From a virus, in the IMG/VR virus record IMGVR_UViG_3300017446_000010, positions 1 to 42,036 of that record: a stretch of 42,036 nt of DNA; one strand, given 5' to 3'. Below are positions 1 to 6,613 of the stretch, piece by piece (the stretch's first letter is position 1; the number at the start of each line of letters is the position of its first letter). The translations under genes were made by a program, and so were the position numbers. The notes under the pieces are model-generated. The model saw only the letters and a program-made list of their open reading frames with translations, had not been told where the DNA came from and ran no database searches.

Positions 1-123
1 GCACGGCGAGTGGTTCGCCCCCACGCCCGAGATCGAAGCCGAGATTGCCCGCCTTAATGATCGGAGTGAAGCAGCATGAGCCGGCCAATCGATAAAAAGC
101 ACAACCTGTGGAAGCGAAAGCCA
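1..123. repeat. Terminal direct repeat copy 1 (identical to 41914-42036)
   Basis: Read directly: gcacggcgagtggttcgccc...gtggaagcgaaagcca occurs at both window ends. It spans the 3' end of the T5orf172 gene and the 5' end of the next ORF. Confidence 0.95.
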
Positions 124-246
124 CACGAGCCTGCCGAAAAGCCTAAACCTGAGACATGGATGTCGGCCAAACCTGCCAATGCAGGGCGTATTCTATCAGG
201 CGAGGAGCGGGCCGCGGCGCTCGCCAAGATGGGAATCAAGCCATGA
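76..246 (+). CDS. Hypothetical basic protein, 56 aa (below the ORF-track cutoff)
   Basis: The ATG at 76 overlaps the stop of the T5orf172 gene (ATGA). Its own stop overlaps the next ATG at 243. Sequence: MSRPIDKKHNLWKRKPHEPAEKPKPETWMS... Confidence 0.5.
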   Translation: MSRPIDKKHNLWKRKPHEPAEKPKPETWMSAKPANAGRILSGEERAAALAKMGIKP

Positions 247-536
247 ACAACGACATACATGATCGGCTGGTGCACACATTGTTATCGGCGGTCGGTTTGC
301 ACAATCCGGAGGAGAACGCTCCGATCATTTCAAATGCCATCTTGGCGTTTGCCTTGGGCAATATCATTGATGAGATGTTGATGATTCTGCCGGATGATCT
401 TGATCTATTCCGGATGCTCCGAGCGGCGGGGCGGAAAGACTCCGATAAGGCCAAGGCATTAGCGTCTCACTTCCTGCCAGCGCGCGAACGACTAACTGCT
501 ATCCGTGACAATCTTCCCTCTGAGCCGGTATACTGA
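243..536 (+). CDS. Hypothetical protein, 97 aa, visibly AT-richer than its surroundings
   Basis: In-frame ATG at 243 inside track ORF 156..536, with an ATGA overlap to the upstream ORF. Sequence: MNNDIHDRLVHTLLSAVGLHNPEE... Confidence 0.6.
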   Translation: MNNDIHDRLVHTLLSAVGLHNPEENAPIISNAILAFALGNIIDEMLMILPDDLDLFRMLRAAGRKDSDKAKALASHFLPARERLTAIRDNLPSEPVY

Positions 537-537
537 G

Positions 538-774
538 ATGGATCAGATGCTGACAAAAGCCGAAGCGCTGGCATTGGCGGCGATGCCTGCAGTGGGTCTC
601 GTCGCTGCTGGCAGAAAGGCTCCTTTCAACGGCCGGGTGATGTGGCGGCTACATGAAAAGGGATACGTGGAGACGCCTGACAGACTGGCAGTTCCGACCC
701 TCTATCGACGGACCAGCCTGATTTGTCGCAGCATGACCCCCGCCCGCCTTAACCAGATGGAGCAAGCAGCATGA
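538..774 (+). CDS. Hypothetical protein, 78 aa (possible winged-helix)
   Basis: ATG at 538, directly after the stop at 534-536. Part of track ORF 505..774. Sequence: MDQMLTKAEALALAAM...LHEKGYVETPDRL. Confidence 0.55.
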   Translation: MDQMLTKAEALALAAMPAVGLVAAGRKAPFNGRVMWRLHEKGYVETPDRLAVPTLYRRTSLICRSMTPARLNQMEQAA

Positions 775-1076
775 GCGATCTAGTGCGGGAATTATCCGAC
801 GCTGAAAATCGCGTTGACCAGTTGCGGCGTCAGATCGCCGCATCGGCCTGCCGAGAAGTCGGGTGCGACATGCAAAGCTATGGCGGGATGAATGCGGGCT
901 GTGGCGATGGCTGCGGCTGCTCTGTGCCGGTCAACGTTTGCATGCGCTGCGGCGATTGCGACTATGGCGATAACGAATGGGCGTCTCGAACACGCGAGGA
1001 ATGTGCGGCTCGCCAAATACCTGATCTCTCTACCCCCACCCTTCCCGCCCGCCTCACCGAGGGAGAAGTAGCGTGA
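771..1076 (+). CDS. Cysteine-rich protein, 101 aa, with N-terminal coiled coil
   Basis: ATGA overlap with the upstream ORF. Nine Cys: ACREVGC...AGCGDGCGCSVPVNVCMRCGDCDYG. Confidence 0.65.
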   Translation: MSDLVRELSDAENRVDQLRRQIAASACREVGCDMQSYGGMNAGCGDGCGCSVPVNVCMRCGDCDYGDNEWASRTREECAARQIPDLSTPTLPARLTEGEVA

Positions 1077-1258
1077 GCGATGATGACGAACCTGACGCTT
1101 ACGGGCGTGAGGGGCAGCGCGAAGACTGTTGGGCATGCAACGCCACCGGCATGGAATACAGCGAAACCTGTGTGGCGTGCGGTGGCTACGGTTGGGTTCG
1201 TGCCGATGTCCCCCTCACCCCATACGCCCGCCTTAATCAGGAAAGAGATGAAGTATGA
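1073..1258 (+). CDS. DnaJ-type (CxxCxGxG) zinc-finger protein, 61 aa
   Basis: GTG start overlapping the upstream stop (GTGA), with GGGAGAAG upstream. Motifs CWACNATG and CVACGGYG. Confidence 0.65.
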   Translation: MSDDDEPDAYGREGQREDCWACNATGMEYSETCVACGGYGWVRADVPLTPYARLNQERDEV

Positions 1259-1449
1259 GCGAGGACCAGCCTGAGACGGTCGAGATCATGCGCGATCACG
1301 CGATCAAGCTTATGAGCTTGGCGATGATGATCCGCGAGGGCGATATCGACTTTCGCGGCCATGAGGACGAGGACTGCGTATTGGCTCGAGCGCTGGTGGC
1401 CGAGCTAGCCGAGGAATGCGCCCTGCACTTTGGCGGGATGCCAGGCTAG
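1255..1449 (+). CDS. Hypothetical acidic protein, 64 aa
   Basis: ATGA overlap with the upstream ORF. Sequence: MSEDQPETVEIMRDHAIKLMSLAMMIREGD... Confidence 0.6.
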   Translation: MSEDQPETVEIMRDHAIKLMSLAMMIREGDIDFRGHEDEDCVLARALVAELAEECALHFGGMPG

Positions 1450-1580
1450 CGACGCGGCGAAGTTCGCACCTCCCCCGCGCCTTATTAAGCCCCAGCCCAA
1501 CGACTAGAAAGGTCGGCGGTCATATACTACCACCCCACGAATCGGGTTGCAATCGATCAGAACGAAGCGTGAATGCGGGA

Positions 1581-1790
1581 ATGTCCAAGCGCATCCCAGA
1601 CGCAGGCCATCCGTTGGTCGAAGAGTTCGCAGAGCATATGTATGTGACTACCCCTGTAGAGAGGTGGCCAGAACCGTGGAAGGGCCGCAGCGGGGTATGG
1701 GAGCGCGAGCCAGCAGATCTACGGCAGGCGTTTCGCGATCGGGCCCGGCGGTTTATGGCTGGGGATCTTAGCGTGGCGCCTTGGCTGTAG
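1581..1790 (+). CDS. Hypothetical protein, 69 aa
   Basis: Internal ATG of track ORF 1416..1790, preceded by GCGGGA. The N-terminal extension of the track ORF is Arg/Ser-rich junk. Sequence: MSKRIPDAGHPLVEEFAEHMYV... Confidence 0.55.
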   Translation: MSKRIPDAGHPLVEEFAEHMYVTTPVERWPEPWKGRSGVWEREPADLRQAFRDRARRFMAGDLSVAPWL

Positions 1791-2150
1791 TGGCGGTTGT
1801 GTAAAGGAATCGGCGTTTCGTTTACAGATGCGTGCCTACATGCAAACCGGCTTTGCACGAGAGGGCCGAGCCATGCAGTTAAGCAGCGGGCCCGGCCATA
1901 TCGATACCCGGTGATCAACCCGGGTAGCCTAGTAAGCCAGGACTTAAGTGCTGCGGCGACTTTCACCCGGCACCATTTACACCGAGCTAAGGCGACGGCG
2001 ATTATATGTCGTCGCAGCCCCACCCTATTGCCAGACTCGGACGAAACATGCTAGCCCGGTTTTCTAGTCGTGGCGGCGTTGATGGAAACGCATGATCGGA
2101 CCCCAGTCTTCTGCATCTGCGCTCGGGACGTCTAATAGGCGAGTAGAAGA

Positions 2151-2168
2151 GCCGGTATTAAGCCCGGC
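2151..2168 (-). terminator. Weak hairpin after the last lysis-operon gene
   Basis: GCCGG-N8-CCGGC, 7 nt beyond the stop at 2175, followed on the - strand by tcttct. No strong U-tract. Confidence 0.3.
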
Positions 2169-2174
2169 ACACGA

Positions 2175-2357
2175 CTAGGCCCCGAACCGCTTCCCCGCCT
2201 GCCGCAACGCCTCAGCCTGCGCCGCTTCCACCAGCGCATCCGTAGCCCTCGCAACCGTAAGCGGGTTGGACTTGTCTGCGATGGCGCGACCGATCGCGGG
2301 GAGCACAAGGCGCTTCCACAGGAAGTTGGGGACCTTGCCTAGGCCGGGGATCTTCAT
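2175..2357 (-). CDS. Hypothetical protein, 60 aa (last gene of the lysis operon)
   Basis: ATGA overlap with the upstream gene. Sequence: MKIPGLGKVPNFLWKRLVLPAIGRAIADK... Confidence 0.55.
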   Translation of the reverse strand: MKIPGLGKVPNFLWKRLVLPAIGRAIADKSNPLTVARATDALVEAAQAEALRQAGKRFGA

Positions 2358-2644
2358 GGGTGTGCCTCCGTAACGCTGATCGGGTCGGCAGGAGTGCCGG
2401 TTGGTGCGACCGTTGACTGCTTGACGATGTCGGCATTGGTCTGCGCGAGGTTGCGGCCGCTCGAGGTGCTACCGAACTCGGACTGCACGACCGACCCGCC
2501 CCAGCCAAACACGATGCCGAGCGCGAGCAGCAGGGCTTCGTTGTTGCCGTCTGGGACCTTCACGAAGAACAGCAGCAGCAGGCCGATGGCGCTGAGCAGG
2601 ATCGCGGACCAGCCTACGATGGTGCGGAAGGTTCGGTCGGTCAT
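2354..2644 (-). CDS. Two-TM membrane protein, 96 aa (holin candidate)
   Basis: Two hydrophobic helices, WSAILLSAIGLLLLFFV and ALLLALGIVFGWGGSVV. ATGA overlaps on both sides. Lies next to the endolysin. Confidence 0.55.
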   Translation of the reverse strand: MTDRTFRTIVGWSAILLSAIGLLLLFFVKVPDGNNEALLLALGIVFGWGGSVVQSEFGSTSSGRNLAQTNADIVKQSTVAPTGTPADPISVTEAHP

Positions 2645-2910
2645 ATCTCGTTCTCCTCAACGCCATCCGTCAGCTTGGTGATCGCTGCCTGGAGCACGCC
2701 GATCGCGGTGAACCGGTCGAGCGCGCCCCAGCCGAAGATTGATATGACTTCACCGTGCGAAAGCTGGACAGCCACCATCGCGCGGGTGCGATCGTCGTCA
2801 TCCGTCTCGGCTTCGATGCTCTCCGCGGACTTGCGCAACATTGCCGGCACGTCGCTGGCGTTCTTGTCGTAAAGGGTGGCGACGAGCGCCAGTTCGGGGC
2901 GTTCGCTCAT
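2641..2910 (-). CDS. Hypothetical acidic protein, 89 aa
   Basis: Internal ATG at 2910 of track ORF 2641..3444, overlapping the endolysin stop (ATGA). Sequence: MSERPELALVATLYDKNASDVPAMLRK... Confidence 0.6.
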   Translation of the reverse strand: MSERPELALVATLYDKNASDVPAMLRKSAESIEAETDDDDRTRAMVAVQLSHGEVISIFGWGALDRFTAIGVLQAAITKLTDGVEENEI

Positions 2911-3437
2911 GCTGCAATCCTCGCCAGCCAGCCATAGATGAAAGCGCGGTTCGCCGAGCGGCCCTCCGCAAGATCCGCATAGCGCGCCCCCTGGAACGCG
3001 TTGAGCAGCGCAAGCAGGCGGGTTTCCCCTTCCTTGCCACGACGCGCCAGAAACGCCTTGAGGGCCGCTACAGAGGCGGGCCCGATCATGCCGTCCACCG
3101 CCAGCCCCGCATCCGTGACAAGGTTCAGCGCACGCTGCAGGAACCGCCCCGCGACCGCTGGCCCCATGTTCACGCCGGTGTCGACGAGCTCGGCCGCGAT
3201 CGGGCCGGATACGTTGGCGATCAGCCCGAACCCGGGCTTGATGACATACTGCCCGCGGTAGATCGCCAGTGCAGTTTCCCGCGTCATGGCCTTCATCGGG
3301 CCGGTGTAGCCGTTTGCTCGAGCGGTACCGATCGTGATGCCGTGGTTCGTCTCGCCGCCTGCATCGCGCGAGTCGTTGACGTAGCCGCCCTCGTTCTTGA
3401 GGACGTCGGCCAAGATGTCGTCGATGGTCATGTTCAC
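2907..3437 (-). CDS. Endolysin: GH108 N-acetylmuramidase plus PG_binding_3 domain
   Basis: The N-terminus ILADVLKNEGGYVNDSRDAGGETNHGIT is the GH108 signature. The C-terminus LAVDGMIGPASVAAL is the peptidoglycan-binding motif. Confidence 0.9.
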   Translation of the reverse strand: MNMTIDDILADVLKNEGGYVNDSRDAGGETNHGITIGTARANGYTGPMKAMTRETALAIYRGQYVIKPGFGLIANVSGPIAAELVDTGVNMGPAVAGRFLQRALNLVTDAGLAVDGMIGPASVAALKAFLARRGKEGETRLLALLNAFQGARYADLAEGRSANRAFIYGWLARIAA

Positions 3438-3940
3438 TCTCCAACCCCGCGAATGGTGGACAGGCGCTTGATCCCGTCGCCGAGACCGAAGTCGCCGCTT
3501 ACGGCAGTCGCCATCATCTCCTGAGCGCTGCGAAGGATGGTGTTGCCCGGATCCTTGGCCACCAACTCTCCAACGACGAGCTGATAGGCTGTCACCGCCG
3601 ACATCAGGCGCATGTCGTTCTTGTGGACGTGCTCGGCAGCTTCGCGCTCGACGATCGCCGATTTACGCTCAACCTCCCGGGCCCGCTCGTCCGCATCCCG
3701 GGCGCGCTCGTCAGCCTTCTCGACGCGCGTCTCGAGCTCGTCGATGCGCTCCATCAGGCGATCCATGTCGTCTTTACGCTGTCCGATGCCGAGCACTCGC
3801 CACTTCGGGAGGAACGCCAGGATAGCGAGCGACACGACGACAACGAGGGACCATACCCCCTTCGCGATCGTCCCGCCGGCTTCCGTCTTGAGCGCACCGC
3901 TGGCGTCTACCGCGGCTGTCACGATGTTTTCTGGGGTCAT
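3434..3940 (-). CDS. Membrane-anchored coiled-coil protein, 168 aa (possible i-spanin-like or holin-associated)
   Basis: One TM helix (VWSLVVVVSLAILAFL) followed by a charged coiled coil (RIDELETRVEKADERARDADERAREVERK). Lies immediately upstream of the endolysin with a GTGA overlap. Confidence 0.55.
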   Translation of the reverse strand: MTPENIVTAAVDASGALKTEAGGTIAKGVWSLVVVVSLAILAFLPKWRVLGIGQRKDDMDRLMERIDELETRVEKADERARDADERAREVERKSAIVEREAAEHVHKNDMRLMSAVTAYQLVVGELVAKDPGNTILRSAQEMMATAVSGDFGLGDGIKRLSTIRGVGE

Positions 3941-3952
3941 GGTCGCAACATC

Positions 3953-4417
3953 CTACGGACGCGATCGATGATTGCCGGCATTGCCAGCCCGAGCAGATGA
4001 TGCGCCGCGAGCAAACACCCCGCGACCGCGAGCCAGTTCATAGATGCCCCAGCCGGCGACCACGCCGACCTGGGCCCATGATGCCCATTTGAGGAAATAG
4101 TACCCGTAGTAGAGCGCCGCAGCGCTGTGCAGGTACAGCCCGCGCGCCGCATGGCAGATCAGCTCGGCTGCATAGATCGTCCCGACGCACGCCTGCCACA
4201 TCGTTGGCCTGCCGAGCAGCGTCAGGATGGTGAACGCGGCCAGATAGTCGACCGCGAAGAACCACGTCCATGGATAGTTGTCGCCTGTCTGTGTCACCAC
4301 CACCGTGCAGAGAGCCCAGTTGGCGAGCAGGATTGCGGCCGTTCCCGCCATGCGGACGTCGCGGAGCAACGCTGTGAACGTGCACAACGCTAGCAATGAG
4401 ATGAAGAACGGCCACAT
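3953..4417 (-). CDS. Four-TM integral membrane protein, 154 aa
   Basis: Internal ATG at 4417 (MWPFFISLLALCTFTALL...). The 39-aa extension in track ORF 3953..4534 is Arg/Ser-rich and has poorer GC3 than the overlapping small ORF. Confidence 0.6.
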   Translation of the reverse strand: MWPFFISLLALCTFTALLRDVRMAGTAAILLANWALCTVVVTQTGDNYPWTWFFAVDYLAAFTILTLLGRPTMWQACVGTIYAAELICHAARGLYLHSAAALYYGYYFLKWASWAQVGVVAGWGIYELARGRGVFARGASSARAGNAGNHRSRP

Positions 4418-4421
4418 GGGA

Positions 4422-4541
4422 TCAGCCGCCCGGGGGCGGAGGTGGAGGCGGGCCGTTGTTGCCGCTCTCGTTGGCGCGCTGCTTGGCCAGTTGCTTGGCA
4501 ACCTCCGCCTTGACCAGCTCGACGATCTCTTCACGCTTCAT
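4422..4541 (-). CDS. 39-aa leader-like ORF ending in seven consecutive prolines
   Basis: Hand translation: MKREEIVELVKAEVAKQLAKQRANESGNNGPPPPPPPGG*. Third codon positions are strongly G/C. The stop lies 4 nt before the ATG of the 4-TM gene. Confidence 0.4.
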   Translation of the reverse strand: MKREEIVELVKAEVAKQLAKQRANESGNNGPPPPPPPGG

Positions 4542-4586
4542 GGGTGTTCTCGCTCATGCTGGAGAGCGCCAGCGCGCTCGCGATGA

Positions 4587-4805
4587 TCATGCCGGCAGCG
4601 ACGCGAGCCAGTCGCGGAAGGCGCCCGCAGGCAACGACTGCTTGCGCATGCTGATGATCATGCGGATCTCGTCGAGCTCAAGCACGCTCATCTGGTCCAC
4701 GAAGGCGCGAGCCGCGCGATACGTACCGCCGCCCATCGTCCCACTCGGAACCTTGGCAACCTCCGCGTTCAGCAGCTCGAGATATTCGTCTTTGTTCATG
4801 GTCAT
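4587..4805 (-). CDS. Hypothetical protein, 72 aa
   Basis: The ATG at 4805 is preceded by AGGAG, which overlaps the tailspike stop (TAGGAGCATG). Sequence: MTMNKDEYLELLNAEVAKVPSG... Confidence 0.6.
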   Translation of the reverse strand: MTMNKDEYLELLNAEVAKVPSGTMGGGTYRAARAFVDQMSVLELDEIRMIISMRKQSLPAGAFRDWLASLPA

Positions 4806-4809
4806 GCTC

Positions 4810-6585
4810 CTATGAGACCAGCGCCGAGGCCATGACGGTCGCGGAGCCTGTGGTGCAGCGCATCTGGAGCGCACCGTCAGCCTTGCGAAATTCCGCCGCG
4901 ACGCCCGTGGGGTTGATCGGAGTGCCGAACAGCGCTGCGCTACCAACCGTCGACAAGACCGGCCATGCGTGTTGCGTGCCAATGCCGTCACCACCGCCGC
5001 TTGTCTGGATCCCGCCTACGGCAACCATTGCGACGCTCGACGCCGGTGTGAAGATCGTAACCCAGTCCGAGCCGACCGGCACCGCAACGTTACCGCTTGC
5101 GAAGCCCTGCGTCGCAGCCGTGCCGCCAGCGTTCAGGCTGGTCAGCGCCATGTTGCTGTTCGTTGCAGCGCCGTTGAACAGCGACTGCCCCGACACGCGC
5201 CGGTCATGCCCCATGCCGGTCATCAGGCCCGCAGCACCGACACCAGAGATGGTCGGGTGATCGCGATTGTACAGCAGCGCCAGCGGGTTGCTGACCAGCT
5301 TTTGCCCGCTGCCAACAATGCTGAAGCTTCCGCGCTGGAAGCCTACCCGGCTGAGCGCATCGGTGTTGGCGTAGAAGAACCCGGGCTGGTCGATAGCGTT
5401 CAGCGTGCCATCGATATGCGCGATCGTGCCGACACCCGAACCCGGCATTTCCCGCAGGGTGCACCATTCCGTAGTATGGAAACCCTCGCTACGAGGGCGG
5501 CTGATGTACAGGCCGATGACCGACAGCGCCTTGACGGCCGGGACATACATGTTCTCGAAGCGACAGTCCTCGAGCAGCCATGTGTCGCCGAACGCGATCT
5601 GGATCGAGGCGTCAACGTTGTAGCACCCGAACACTTTGGCACGGATGACGTTGTTCGTGTTTGTCGCGTTCGTCTGTCCGTAGGTTGCGGCCTCGGCACG
5701 GATGAAGCCATGCGTCATCGTGAAACCGCCAATCCCAGGCAGGTACCCGTCGCGGCAGTTGATCCAATCGGTGTAGATCGGAAGAAGATCGTAGCCCCAG
5801 ACGAGATTACGGTGCGTCTCGATGTTCTCGAACGTCGCGTAAGCGGTGTATTTGGACTTGTCGGCCGACCGGAAGCCCGTCGCGCCCGTCGTGCCGATTG
5901 CTGCCCGCATCGTCAGGTTGCGGAATACCAGATGCACCGCGATGTCCGTCGATGCCGACTGCAGGAACACGCATCCGCCATTGACTGCGACGATGAGCTC
6001 GGGGCCAAGGCACTCGCCGGATTTCTCGCCGACAATCTCCATGTTCGATACGACGGTGATACCGTTGACGATGTAGCCGGCGTCCGTCTTAGGAACCGTG
6101 ACACATTTACCCGTCGCGATCGCGGCATTGAACGCCGCGGTGTCGTCCGTGACGCCATCGCCCTTGGCACCGCCTGCAAAACGTGTGTCCGTTACGCTGA
6201 CCGTCTCGCGGAGCTTGCTGTCGACACTGCGCGTGCCGAAGCCGATCTGCTCTGCACCATCGGGGTTCGACAGCGTCGCAATGAAGCTGCTGAGGTTGTC
6301 CAGAACGCGCGGCTGAGAATAGACCACGGCACCGTTCGCCTGGCGCACACGGATCGAATAGGCGCCATCCACGAAGGGCTGGGCAGGCGTTCCGTTGTTG
6401 ACGACATAGCCAGCGACAGTTCGAAGCGGCTGCATGGCGGGGATCGTCATTGCCGCGTCCCAGAATACGTCCTTGGGATACAGCTCGGGATCCTGATCAG
6501 GTTGCCCGATATAGATCCGCGCGCCGTCGATCAGCCTCGAAAGCGTGTCGCTGAACAGCGGATACGGGTTGGTAATCGGGGTCAT
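4810..6585 (-). CDS. Tailspike, right-handed beta-helix (pectate-lyase-3 type) polysaccharide depolymerase
   Basis: VSVTDTRFAGGAKGDGVTDDTAAFNAAIATGK is the Pectate_lyase_3 N-terminal signature. 591 aa, located after the ejection genes as P22 gene 9 is. Confidence 0.8.
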   Translation of the reverse strand: MTPITNPYPLFSDTLSRLIDGARIYIGQPDQDPELYPKDVFWDAAMTIPAMQPLRTVAGYVVNNGTPAQPFVDGAYSIRVRQANGAVVYSQPRVLDNLSSFIATLSNPDGAEQIGFGTRSVDSKLRETVSVTDTRFAGGAKGDGVTDDTAAFNAAIATGKCVTVPKTDAGYIVNGITVVSNMEIVGEKSGECLGPELIVAVNGGCVFLQSASTDIAVHLVFRNLTMRAAIGTTGATGFRSADKSKYTAYATFENIETHRNLVWGYDLLPIYTDWINCRDGYLPGIGGFTMTHGFIRAEAATYGQTNATNTNNVIRAKVFGCYNVDASIQIAFGDTWLLEDCRFENMYVPAVKALSVIGLYISRPRSEGFHTTEWCTLREMPGSGVGTIAHIDGTLNAIDQPGFFYANTDALSRVGFQRGSFSIVGSGQKLVSNPLALLYNRDHPTISGVGAAGLMTGMGHDRRVSGQSLFNGAATNSNMALTSLNAGGTAATQGFASGNVAVPVGSDWVTIFTPASSVAMVAVGGIQTSGGGDGIGTQHAWPVLSTVGSAALFGTPINPTGVAAEFRKADGALQMRCTTGSATVMASALVS

Positions 6586-6613
6586 CGGCTGCTATCCTGA
6601 GCAAATGCAATCG

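Noticed and set aside
1873-1954. tRNA-like or tmRNA-like element in the convergence zone
   Set aside because: The nested stems do not fit a cloverleaf. There is no T-loop TTCGA/TTCAA consensus, and the would-be acceptor stem is not adjacent to a T arm.
2641-3444. 267-aa - strand ORF overlapping the endolysin
   Set aside because: The N-terminal 178 aa are Arg/Gly/Ala-rich and are out-of-frame with the GH108 endolysin. Only the last 89 aa, from the ATG at 2910 (ATGA-coupled), look like a real gene.
3434-3940. Embedded o-spanin (Rz1-like) ORF inside the coiled-coil membrane-protein gene
   Set aside because: I read the alternative - strand frames from each out-of-frame ATG. The only candidate (ATG at 3854) gives a 26-aa Arg-rich peptide without a lipobox. 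GTG and TTG starts were not checked exhaustively.
4969-6600. 543-aa + strand ORF
   Set aside because: It is antisense to the well-supported tailspike gene. The translation is Arg/Ala/Asp-rich with no motifs, which is typical of a shadow ORF in high-GC DNA.
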